From Candidatus Oleincola secundus (GTDB lineage: Bacteria; Atribacterota; Phoenicimicrobiia; Phoenicimicrobiales; Stramentimicrobiaceae): 32,868 nt of DNA. The notes under the pieces were generated by a model. The model had not been told where the DNA came from. It was given only the letters and a program-made list of their open reading frames with translations, and ran no database searches. Location: the NCBI GenBank assembly GCA_018400815.1, contig JAGYLS010000013.1, forward strand, positions 1 to 32,868, in the 5' to 3' direction. Numbering within the stretch: the first letter of the stretch is position 1; every line of letters begins with the position of its first letter. The translations under genes were made by a program, and so were the position numbers. Positions 1-9,330 of the stretch are shown here, piece after piece.

Positions 1-489
1 AGAAAGAAAAAGGGATCTGCCAATCGTGCCAAAGCCCGGCATAGAGTGGCCGGGCTCCATGAGCAGGTTGCCAACCAGAGAAAAGACTTTCTCCACAAAT
101 TGAGCCATAACATCACGTCCAGGTTCGGCCTTGTGGCCCTTGAGGATCTGCATGTAGCAGGCATGGTAAAGAACCACTGCCTGGCCAAAAGTATATCCGA
201 CTCCGGATGGGGTGCATTTGTAACCATGTGCGGGTACAAGGCCAACCTAAGCGGCGGATACCTGTACCAGATTGGCAGGTTCTTTCCATCCAGCAAAACA
301 TGTAGCAACTGCGGGTACATAAATAGTAACCTTCAACTTTCAGACCGCGACTGGCTATGCCCGGAGTGTTCAACCACGTTGGACCGGGATATCAATGCCG
401 CAGTCAATATTTTAGCACAAGCTACCGCCGGAGTGGCGGGAAGTAACGCCTGTGGAGATTGTGTAAGACCAGCCAAGCTTTCAGCTTGA
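1..489 (+). CDS. tnpB: IS200/IS605-family RNA-guided endonuclease TnpB, 3' part (5' end outside window)
   Basis: Frame open from base 1 (RKKRGSANRAKAR...). Motifs NQRKDFLHKLS, RuvC-II VALEDL, SISDSGWG, FPSSKTCSNCG...WLCPEC zinc finger and RuvC-III DRDINAAVNI. Visibly more GC-rich than the flanking phage DNA. Confidence 0.95.
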   Translation, partial: RKKKGSANRAKARHRVAGLHEQVANQRKDFLHKLSHNITSRFGLVALEDLHVAGMVKNHCLAKSISDSGWGAFVTMCGYKANLSGGYLYQIGRFFPSSKTCSNCGYINSNLQLSDRDWLCPECSTTLDRDINAAVNILAQATAGVAGSNACGDCVRPAKLSA

Positions 490-544
490 CTGGCAGTTTT
501 CTTTGAAGCAGGAAGCCCATATGCTTTAGCTATGGGTAGCTCAC
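420..544 (+). ncRNA. TnpB omegaRNA/reRNA scaffold and transposon right end; predicted guide starts at 545 (AAATCCTGCATCTAAA...)
   Basis: Overlaps the tnpB 3' end. Ends GAAG-CCCATATGC-TTTA-GCTATGGG-TAGC-TCAC (subterminal hairpin plus TCAC cleavage tetranucleotide at 541-544). The 5' boundary is approximate. Confidence 0.8.
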
Positions 545-613
545 AAATCCTGCATCTAAAAAAGTTTCTTTCCAAGTCGATAAAAAAATTAATTAATAAG
601 AAAGGAAAAACCA

Positions 614-1897
614 ATGGAAGATGAAATTAAAGAAATTGAACAAACAGTATTTGGGTTTAGAATTGTAAACACAGAAGTTTTGAGGTGTTTAAAATTATGT
701 ATTGAAGCCGAAACAAATAAAAAAATACGGGCTGATAAAGGTTTAAAGATTGGGTTGGTTCTATCTCAAATGAAATATTGGTACGATATAAAATGTAAAG
801 AAAATAAACACAAACATTATTTTTATAAAAGTGCCAATGAATTAAATTATGAATTACCAATTATAGATGAAGAAAATATAAGATGCCATTTAAAGCTATT
901 GACCGATTTGGGGATTTTACTCAGAGAACAAGGGTTATATAAAGGGAACTTTAAAACTTATTCGTATGAATTAAACCTGGCGCATCCTATAAACATACTC
1001 AGTTACTTGGCTGAATCGGCAAATAAAATTACCAATGAAAAAACATACGACCATAAAGGCGAAAAGATTTTTAATCAACATCAATTTTTATCTGAATTAA
1101 CCATAGAAGAAATTTTAGATGGCATTAAAAACAAAACAGCCAGAGATTCAATCCCAAAAATATTGGCAAATGCGAGCTTAGAACCTGAAAAAATCGTCCC
1201 CCCTAAACAGGGTGACGAAAATGACACAAATGAATCCGTCCCCCCTAAACACAGGAACCGTCCCTCCGAAACACAGGAACCGTCCCCCCTAAACACAGGA
1301 ACCGTCCCCCCTAAACACAGGAACCCTACTAAGATTACTCTAAGACCTTCCAAAAACTTCTCAGAGACTAACGAGCGCCTGTATGTCGCTCGAAGCCCCC
1401 ATTTTTTATTTTTTTTTTCACTGCTTTTAAAAAGAACTTTTTTTTATTTTTTTCCAAAATGTGGCTCGGAAAATCGAGCTTACATTTCGAGCCTCGGATT
1501 TGACACATCCAAATTGCTTGATTGCGATATTGGAAAATCTGTTATTTGCAAATTGCAGGATTTACCCCTTGAAAAAATTTATGAATTGAAATATTTAAAA
1601 ATTGGGGGGTGGCGGAAAAATAGCAGAAATGGTTATTATAAAGATTTTAAGAAATGTGATGATGCCAAAAAATGGTTTGATAATTTGGCTGGCAAAGATA
1701 AAGAACTTGTTCAAGCCTTTCAGGAAGATCAATTTAATTGTAGCGCCAAAATCTCAAAAGAATGGTCTTATGACTGCAGTTTGATTGATGCTAAAGAGGG
1801 GGCTGAAAATTTCTTGCAATTTGTTCTTAGAAAAATCGGCACTACCCCTTTAAATATCAATGAAGATTATTATCATAAACAAGAGATAGTTGCCTGA
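614..1897 (+). CDS. Putative phage replication initiator (N-terminal winged-HTH-like region, internal iterons)
   Basis: 427 aa with AAAGGA RBS. N-terminal LVLSQMKYWY...YFYKSANELNYEL...IRCHLKLLTDLGILL resembles phage replisome-organiser wHTH domains. Tandem DNA repeats plus an AT tract lie in mid-gene, as in lambda O. Confidence 0.6.
   Translation: MEDEIKEIEQTVFGFRIVNTEVLRCLKLCIEAETNKKIRADKGLKIGLVLSQMKYWYDIKCKENKHKHYFYKSANELNYELPIIDEENIRCHLKLLTDLGILLREQGLYKGNFKTYSYELNLAHPINILSYLAESANKITNEKTYDHKGEKIFNQHQFLSELTIEEILDGIKNKTARDSIPKILANASLEPEKIVPPKQGDENDTNESVPPKHRNRPSETQEPSPLNTGTVPPKHRNPTKITLRPSKNFSETNERLYVARSPHFLFFFSLLLKRTFFYFFPKCGSENRAYISSLGFDTSKLLDCDIGKSVICKLQDLPLEKIYELKYLKIGGWRKNSRNGYYKDFKKCDDAKKWFDNLAGKDKELVQAFQEDQFNCSAKISKEWSYDCSLIDAKEGAENFLQFVLRKIGTTPLNINEDYYHKQEIVA
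1195..1324 (+). repeat. 22-bp tandem repeats (CGTCCCCCCTAAACACAGGAAC), putative replication-origin iterons
   Basis: Four head-to-tail copies at 1237, 1259 (2 mismatches), 1281 and 1303, plus a partial copy at 1195-1210. The period is not a multiple of 3. A T-rich tract follows at ~1401-1453. Confidence 0.85.
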
Positions 1898-1910
1898 ACT
1901 TCAAGTTCAG
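1894..1910. promoter_or_regulatory. Palindrome CTGAACTT-C-AAGTTCAG, candidate operator
   Basis: Perfect 8-1-8 inverted repeat 10 bp upstream of TTGACA (1921). 16 of the 17 nt recur at 16005-16020. Confidence 0.5.
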
Positions 1911-1920
1911 AACTTTTTTG

Positions 1921-1950
1921 TTGACAAATGATTTTATGTGTGATATACAT
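1921..1950 (+). promoter_or_regulatory. Sigma70-type promoter, copy 1 of a phage promoter family
   Basis: TTGACAAATG-N10-TGATATAC, i.e. TTGACA-17-TATACA with a TG extension, upstream of the polymerase gene. The same motif occurs at 7601 and 30910. Confidence 0.65.
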
Positions 1951-2137
1951 GGCTGAAAAAATCAATTTTAAGGGGGCTGAGATGCTCAAATTTGAACGAT
2001 CGACTGCTCGGCTATACAACGATATATTAAGAAAGAAAAGAGTTTAATTTATGCGAAAGGAAAAATTATTTACAGTTGGGGTTCATTTTCTTATTACAAA
2101 GGAAGAGGCTGTTGATTTTTAAAAAGGAGGATACTTT

Positions 2138-4741
2138 GTGAGTTGTACTGATTGTCCGTTATACAAAAAAGAGAGGGAGATACCGTATCGAGGCAACCCT
2201 GATGCTGATATAGTTTTCATATATGAAAGCGCTGGTTCCACGGAAGTTAAAGAAGGGGTTATGCTTATTGGCCCTTCTTTAAAATATGTTACTAAAGAAT
2301 GTGAGCGAGTTGGGCTTGACTTTAATTCTGTTTTTTTAATGAACGCTGCCCGTTGCCGGATTAATAAAGATAAATACACAGCCGGAGAGATAGGTAAAAT
2401 TTTAAAGGCTTGCCGACCTAATGTTGAAACTGCTTTAAAAACTATTCAGCCGAAACTTATTGTGTGCTTTGGGGCTATAGCCCTTCAACAAGTATATCAT
2501 AAAATGGCTATCAAGCGAGCCAGAAATAGAATATTCTGGTCAGATGAATTTAATGCTCATATCATGGTAACATTTCATCCAGCCGCAATCATGCGTGATC
2601 CCAATAAGTTACCTTTATATCAGGCTGATTTTGACGCTATGATAAGGTTTATTAAAAATAATTATCAGTCCAAATCAGATGTGATATATAAAGAGGTTGA
2701 AAGTATCCAACCTATTTTGGATGGTAATTGTTATAAAGAAGGCAGTTATAGCTTAATTGGTATTGATACCGAAACCCAAGGTGTAGATTGGCATAATAAA
2801 AATTCAGTTATAATTTCTTATCAGGTGTCGAAAGACTTGGACGAGGGCTGGACTGTTATATTGCAAGAGGAGTGCGAAAAGGATAAAGGCGATTATAATA
2901 TAACAGTTCAAAGGGGCGGCTCCAAGAAAACACCCGAATATATAGAGGTAGGTATTAAAAAAACTGAAGGGTATGATAGAAAAGTTAATGAATTAAAGGA
3001 ATTATTACAACGACAGGATATTAAGAAATATTTTTTTAACCAGAAGTTTGAGCAACATAGGTTTATGAACTTAGGAATAATTGATTGGAATAACTGCTGT
3101 ATGGATGTAAGGACAGCGGCGCATTGTCTTGACTCAACTATGTACAGGGATTGTTCCTTGGAAGATGTTATTTCCCAATTTGCCCCTACCAATGAGAATC
3201 ACAAAGGCATTGTAACTGAAACTGAAAAAGCTGATATGCTTATGTTGCTTCAGACAGATAGGGATAAGTTTATTAAATATGCTTCTCTTGACCCTGTTTT
3301 TACATTACGGACTGCGCTCGAAGTGCGGAAAAAATTATTGGCTGATAAAAAATCTTTAAATTATTTTATTAATTTTGCGCAACCGATCGAAAATGAATTT
3401 TTGTTTGATATGGAAAGAAATGGGGTTTTGGTTGATAAAGACAAAATACCTGAAATAAGAACTGCGCTACAGAAAGAGATGGACAGATTCAAGCAACAAT
3501 TTATTAAACTAACTCCTCCCTTGGTGTATCATAAATATGAAAATAATTTTCAGCTTACGAGAACTGTTATTTTGCAGGAGTCGTTATTTACATGGAAAGA
3601 TAAGAAATTAAAAAAGGCGGATTCGGAATTAAAGTTACATGATATAGGATTTAATTTAAAGCCTATTGTGATGAATAAAAAATCAGGCACACCAAGCGTT
3701 GATAAAAAAGTATTAGCCACTATAATTGACGGCAAGTACCCAAAAACGGCTAAGGAGCTTATCAGAACTCATATTAAATGGAATGAGCGAAGGATGCTGA
3801 TTAATAACTTCCTAAAGAATATAGCTCATTATTTGGACGAGGGTAATAGGCTTCATACTAATTTTTCTATAACCTTTACAAGTTCTGGAAGGGTTGCTTC
3901 ACGTAACCCAGGTTTAATGAATCAGCCCAAGCATGGGGATTTAGCTAAATACATAAGAAGCCTGTTTATAGCCGAAGATAATTTTAAGGTATGCCATTGT
4001 GATTACAATGCTTCTGAATTAAGGTGGGTGGCTCATGTGGCTCAGGAAAAAGAATTAATGCGTATTTTTGCTGAAGGAAAAGACCCTCATAGGATTACAG
4101 GACTTTGGGTAAGGGACTTGCCGGAGGATTACAAATTTGAGTCGGAAAAAGAATTAAAAATGACAAGGCAAAATTCTAAGCCCTTGTCTTTTGGGCTTAT
4201 TTATCTTATGTCCTGGCAAGGGCTGAAAAAATACGCCAAACAGGGTTACGGTGTGGAATATACAGATAAACAGGCTAAAGACAATGTTAGTAAGTTCTTC
4301 CAAAAATATAATAAAATACCAATATGGCACACAAAAGATAGGGCATTTTTGGCTGTTCATGGCTATTTAAGAACAGATTTTGGAAGAAAGCTAGTATTGC
4401 CCAACATATTTTCAGAAGAAGATGCTGTAAGGGCTATGGCTGAAAGAACCGGCATTAACGGAAAAATACAAAGCCCATCAAGCGATGGCACACTTTTGGC
4501 AGGTTATGAAATACTTAAAGATAAAAGGGTAGACAAACGTCATTTTAAGACTATATTATTCATACATGATGCTTTAGTTTTTGCTATTGCGGCTGATAAG
4601 ATAGATTATTATTTACCAATAATAAAAGAACACATGGAGAATATACCAACTGAAAGATTTGATTTTAAAATGACAGTCCCATTAAAAATTGAAGCTGAAA
4701 TCGGAGATAGAATGTCAGATTTGCAGGAATATCAATTTTAG
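2138..4741 (+). CDS. polA: Family A DNA polymerase with N-terminal family-4 uracil-DNA-glycosylase-like domain and 3'-5' exonuclease domain (SPO1-type architecture)
   Basis: GTG start with AAGGAGG. UDG-like part: CTDCPLY, NAARCR, TFHPAAIMR. Exonuclease: GIDTETQG, YASLD. Polymerase: TSSGRVASRNPGLMNQP, motif A DYNASELR, motif B RQNSKPLSFGLIY, AER..IN..IQS, motif C IHDAL. Confidence 0.93.
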   Translation: MSCTDCPLYKKEREIPYRGNPDADIVFIYESAGSTEVKEGVMLIGPSLKYVTKECERVGLDFNSVFLMNAARCRINKDKYTAGEIGKILKACRPNVETALKTIQPKLIVCFGAIALQQVYHKMAIKRARNRIFWSDEFNAHIMVTFHPAAIMRDPNKLPLYQADFDAMIRFIKNNYQSKSDVIYKEVESIQPILDGNCYKEGSYSLIGIDTETQGVDWHNKNSVIISYQVSKDLDEGWTVILQEECEKDKGDYNITVQRGGSKKTPEYIEVGIKKTEGYDRKVNELKELLQRQDIKKYFFNQKFEQHRFMNLGIIDWNNCCMDVRTAAHCLDSTMYRDCSLEDVISQFAPTNENHKGIVTETEKADMLMLLQTDRDKFIKYASLDPVFTLRTALEVRKKLLADKKSLNYFINFAQPIENEFLFDMERNGVLVDKDKIPEIRTALQKEMDRFKQQFIKLTPPLVYHKYENNFQLTRTVILQESLFTWKDKKLKKADSELKLHDIGFNLKPIVMNKKSGTPSVDKKVLATIIDGKYPKTAKELIRTHIKWNERRMLINNFLKNIAHYLDEGNRLHTNFSITFTSSGRVASRNPGLMNQPKHGDLAKYIRSLFIAEDNFKVCHCDYNASELRWVAHVAQEKELMRIFAEGKDPHRITGLWVRDLPEDYKFESEKELKMTRQNSKPLSFGLIYLMSWQGLKKYAKQGYGVEYTDKQAKDNVSKFFQKYNKIPIWHTKDRAFLAVHGYLRTDFGRKLVLPNIFSEEDAVRAMAERTGINGKIQSPSSDGTLLAGYEILKDKRVDKRHFKTILFIHDALVFAIAADKIDYYLPIIKEHMENIPTERFDFKMTVPLKIEAEIGDRMSDLQEYQF

Positions 4742-4757
4742 TAGAAAGGCAATAATT

Positions 4758-7571
4758 ATGGAAGATGCGAAAAAATATTATAAGTTACGAAAAGAATTAA
4801 GAAGTATTAAGCGAAAAGCCACAACTGAATTATTGGGTTACGGTACTCGGCAGACGACACCTGAAGAAGATTATATGACGCCCACGGCTTTAAGAGAGCA
4901 TGATTTGATTGTACCTAACTACGATCCTATTAAATTATGCACTATAGCTGAAACAAGCTCAATGGTCGGGGTATGTATTGAAGCTATGGTCAATAATGTT
5001 CATGGGTTCGGCTACGAATTGCAATATACAGGTACAAAAGAAAACGTAAAATCAGATGAAGTTTTGGCTGAAAAAGCTGCCTTGCAAGGATTTTTTTCTA
5101 GAGTAAATGAAACCCAATCAATGGTTGCGCTTAAAAAAGAAGCCGGACTTGACTACGAAAGAACCGGCAACGCCTATATAGAGGTAGTGCCTTATTTGAA
5201 TGGGAGTGTTTCAACTTTGTATAGGGCTGATTCTCAATATATGCGGCTTCAGTTAAAACAAGAAGAAACAACCCCTATCACTGTTAATTTAATACGAAAT
5301 GGAACAGTAAAGCCTACTACTATTCATAAGCGTTTTAGACGTTTTGCAATGATAAGCGACACAACGAATAATATTCGCTGGTTTAAAGAATACGGCGACC
5401 CAAGAGTAATGTGTTCTATATCAGGCAAATATGAGCATGAATTGAAAAAGAACGAAAAGATTATAGCTCCGGCTTCCCAAATAATTCATATCAAACAAGG
5501 CAATGATACTTATGGCGTAGCCCAAGATGGATAAGGGATTGCGTTAGCAGCTATTGGAGTTAAATACGCTGACTTTGTAAATTATGATTTATTTGAAAAT
5601 AATGCTATACCGCTTTTATGTTTAGTATCAGGGGGCGCTTAACCTGTGAAGCTATTGAAGACCTCAGCAAATATTAGAACAGAGAAAAGGGGGTGGAGAA
5701 TTTCACTAAAGTTGCTATTTAGAAGCTATAAGTGCTGAAAGCGGGGATGTTGGGGATAAATCGGCTAACACAAAAATAGATTTTAAACCGTTACCGCAGC
5801 AGAATGATTTGATTTATTGTTTAAAGATTTTATATCCGACACAGAGAAAAGGGTCAGAAGGGCTAAATTCAGGCTTCCAGCAGCACTTTCAGCAGGCAAA
5901 CAGAAGATTTTTTCAAGGTCTTGTTCAGGAAGACACTGAAACATTGACTGAAAATGGATGGAAACATTATTCAGATATAGAAGAAAATGAAAAAGGAATT
6001 GCTACACAACCCTGAAAATAATCGGTTGGAATATCATAACCCTATTGGTGGTATTTTATTATATCCATACAAGGTAAAATGATTCATTTCAAAAATCTCA
6101 ATACTGATGTTTTAGTTACACCGAATCATACGATGTGGGCTTTGCGCGTCAAATGCAAAAAAACCAACTTGGTGTAAAAAACATGCCGAGGATTTTATGT
6201 TATTTGACAGGGCAAGGTCTTATTTCAAACATGCTCTGGTATGCTTTTGGATATAGAAGACAAAGATATTGTTATTCCATTTGAGGATAGAGCAGATACT
6301 AATAGAAGCTATCCATGAAGATTATAGAATATCTATGGATTTCTTTTGGAGTTTTGGGCTATTTATTGGAGACAGGTCTACTTATTCTAAAAGATGTCAG
6401 TATGTTATTGCTTTAGGGGCGCATAAAGAGAAAGAAAACTTGAAAAAATTTAAAATATTGCTGAGTATTTAAATAAAAATCATGATATGTCATATTGTGT
6501 TTCTAAAGATAAAATAGAGGCCTAAATTCTTATTTTATTTCTAATAAAGAGGTTACAGAGAGTGGTTGAGGAGTAATTGTGGGGATAGGGCTTTACACTA
6601 AGCATATGCCTGAATGGTGTTTAAAGCTTAATAAAAGACAGAGTAATATTTTGTTAAATGCTTTAATTGATACAGATGGTACAAGGGAACTTACGAGGGT
6701 TGTAAAAGTGCATTATACTATACAACATCAAAAAATTAGCAGACCAAGTTCAAATATTGGCAATGAGGTGCGGCTATAGAGCTTCACGTCAATTTACCTA
6801 AAATTAAACATGTCATGCAATACCTTATCGTGTTAATATTATATAAAAATCATAGTCAAATTAGAGAGAGGAAGCATCAAATTAAGAGATTGACATGATA
6901 GGATGAAGATTTATTGCTTTGAAGTTCCGAACCATTTATTTTTTACAAGGCGGAAATGGTAAAATAGCTATTCAAGGTAATACATCTGAGAGCTCCAGAA
7001 GCTAATAGCAGAGGAGCAAGTGTTTAGACCTGAAAGAAATAACTTTGATAGGAAATAATTAATTTTTACGATTATGAAAGACCTTGGGGGCGAAAATTGG
7101 GCTTTCAGAACTATTGGGATAAACATAAAGGGTTCGGAATTGAGTGATGCTATTGGCAAGAATTGCAGGAGCTGGCTCGATGTCAATCAACCAGGGAATA
7201 AAAATGTGAATAGGGTTCTTGATTTGGATGTGCCGCTGTTCGATGACCAATGGGCAGGATACCCTGCGGCTATGAGCATTAGAACTATCCAAAAGGGCTA
7301 CCTTAAAGGGATAGAGAGAGAGAATATCAAAATTGCTTCTATCAATAATAATTTAAAAGATAATATTGATAAGGCTGCGACTGAACTTAAAAACCAGGAC
7401 GGCTACGAAGATATTATGAAAGGCATGGAAGATGTAAAAGTGGACAAATGGAGAGAGAATATGATTTTTAATCAGGAACGAATAACTAAAAAAATCCCCA
7501 CGGGAAAAATCAAAACCTGCGAGAGGATTTTATGGGAGAGAACGACCCCAAGGCACTTGATAAATCTATAA
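4758..7571 (+). pseudogene. PBSX-family phage portal protein with intein; frameshifted after ~5520 (probably sequencing error rather than true decay)
   Basis: ATG 4758. PNYDP..L, CIEAMVNNVHGFG, DYERTGNAYIEV and WFKEYGDPR are in frame, then YGV/PRWI spans a frameshift at ~5520. Later fragments read DFSRS[intein]TSES...AEEQVFRPER..FD..IN. The 3' end is approximate. Confidence 0.8.
5922..6981 (+). mobile_element. Intein with LAGLIDADG homing endonuclease inside the portal gene (frameshifted)
   Basis: Block A C...EDTETLTENGWK from TGT 5922, block B DVLVTPNHTMW, endonuclease block LLNALIDTDG, and C-terminal YCFEVPNHL...NGKIAIQGN followed by Thr (ACA 6982). Confidence 0.85.
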
Positions 7572-7600
7572 TAAGCCTTTTAGGATGTCAATATTTTTAG

Positions 7601-7639
7601 TTGACAAATGGAGGTAAATATGATATAAGATAAAAAACA
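7601..7639 (+). promoter_or_regulatory. Sigma70-type promoter, copy 2
   Basis: TTGACAAATG-GAGGT-AAATATGATATAAGATAAAAAACA (TTGACA-17-TATAAG). Nearly identical to 30910-30948. Confidence 0.7.
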
Positions 7640-7900
7640 GTCAACTAACCAGCTACCTAAAGGGTAGTGGCTTGAAAAGAGGAAGGGAAATCCTCTTTGA
7701 AGTCGGTTGATTAACTTTAGTGAAAACTATGTTATATAAGAATGATATAGTTACCTTGAAGTGCTTCACTAGCTTCAAGCTCTAAGTACAGTGATTAAAC
7801 ATTCCTGAGGGTTAGGGAGAAGTGTTGCTGTTGAAAACCTTATATAACTTTAGCCGAAGTGAACCCACCACGGCGTAAGGTGAGATATTATCTGAAAAGG
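7640..7900 (+). ncRNA. IscB omegaRNA (HEARO-type) scaffold; guide is the 5' flank ending at 7639
   Basis: ~270-nt structured non-coding leader (GTCAAC...GTTGA pairing, ACTATGTTATATAAG...CTTATATAAC, CTTGAAG...CTTCAAGCTCT, GCCGAAG) between the element end and the iscB start. Confidence 0.8.
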
Positions 7901-7910
7901 ATTAAACTAA

Positions 7911-9250
7911 ATGGTATGCGTATTAAGTCGGGCAAGGGAAAACCTCTAATACTAGCAAATGCAAAGAAACAAGAAGGATTTTACTTAAACAAGGAAAAGC
8001 AGTGTTAAGACTGTAAAGCCCTTTCACTTTATACAACTAACTTATACTACCACAGAGTACACTCAGAAAGTAACTTTAGGTGTTGATTCAGGGTACTTAA
8101 ACACTAGGGTTTAGTGCAGTATCTGTGAATCTAAGAACTAATATCCAGGTGAGGAGTTAAACTCCTTCAAGGTATGAGTGATAGGATTTCAGAGAAGTCC
8201 ATGTACCGAACTATAAAGAGAAGGAAGGTAGACTTGGACACCGAAAGCTGGGTTTGATAATAGGGAACGCAAGAAGGTTGGTTAGCACCATAGTATTCAA
8301 CACAGGATACTCATGTTAGATTCATTGAAAAGTTGAAAAGAGTCAATACTCTATATCTAAAAAGTTATGAGTAGAGTTGCAAATTTCGATACAGAAATTA
8401 AAAATCCTGACATTGAAGTGAAAGGCTACCAAGAGGAGGTGAGCAGAAAGGTTTCTGGAGACAGGGAATATATGTCTCCACCGAGATGGGCATAAATGTC
8501 AAATCCTAAATGTAAAGTCTACAGGTAAAAGATATCTTGAAGTTCATCACATTAAATTTAGGGGTAACAGTGGAACGGATACACCTAATAATCTTATAAC
8601 TTTATGTTCTAACTAGCACATACTTCTGAAAACCACCATAAGAAGGTAAATTTCTATATGAGTGGCAGTATACTAAACCTAAATTAGAAGTTTCAAGGAT
8701 GCTACCTTTATGAAGTATGGTGAGATGGAAGGTAACTAAAATATTAAACTGTAAAGTTACTTTTGGGTACATAACAAAGTCTAAAAAGGATTGAATTAAG
8801 GTTAGAGAAAGGAAATCACATTATAACGATGCGCTTCGCTATAGCGGGTGGAAGTACTCAAGTAGGGTTCACCCTATAGAAGTTGAACAGACAAGAAGAA
8901 GGAATAACAGAAGTTTAGAGAGGTTTTATGATTCTAAATTCATTGATGTTAGAACAGGAAAGAAAGTTAGTGGAGGTGAGTTGAATTGTGGTAGAAGAAC
9001 TCGGAAATAAGAGCTATAACACTGAAAACCTAAGGGTGTACAGAGGTGAAGGTGTCTAAGGACAAGAAGGATACGTACTCAAAGATATTTTATACCAACC
9101 AGGGGACTTAATTAAATACGAAATAGAGGTGTATACAGTTAAAGGTGCTCAGAATAGCGGAAAGTAGTAACTTGGCACTAAAGAAATTAAGTACTTAGGG
9201 TTGAATTATTAGAACCTTATAGGTTTAGGAAAGGACTGGTGGTAGTATGA
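7911..9250 (+). pseudogene. iscB: IscB RNA-guided endonuclease, many frameshifts (probably sequencing error)
   Basis: Fragments across frames: MV.VL...GKPL, LLKQGKA, IQLTY, QKVTLGVDSG (RuvC-I), Arg-rich bridge helix, FDNR...GWLAP, HNH part LEVHHIKFRGNSGTDTPNNLITLC, and SHYNDA (RuvC-III). Confidence 0.9.
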
Positions 9251-9330
9251 GGGTGAATAAGCATTCATCCACTACCCTAAAGGGATAGTGGTTTTCTGCT
9301 AAGTTTTTATAAAAAAGGGAGGATAGAAAA

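Larger units (their letters stand above)
7640..9308 (+). mobile_element. Non-autonomous IS200/IS605-family element carrying omegaRNA + iscB
   Basis: Starts GTCAACTAACC plus a TAAA-loop hairpin. Ends with hairpin CCACTACCCTAAAGGGATAGTGG plus TTTTCTGCTAAGTTTTT, followed by ATAA. No tnpA. Confidence 0.88.

Noticed and set aside
1401..1453. Transmembrane helix FLFFFSLLLKRTFFYFF in the initiator
   Set aside because: Better explained as the translation of a T-rich unwinding tract next to the iterons; it is interrupted by KR.
1897..1909. Gram-positive LexA box
   Set aside because: Spacing is GAAC-N5-GTTC, not the N4 of that box.
5520..9300. Stop-codon reassignment or programmed frameshifting explaining the broken ORFs
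   Set aside because: Breaks are numerous frame changes rather than one recurring stop, and clean genes elsewhere end in TAA, TAG and TGA.
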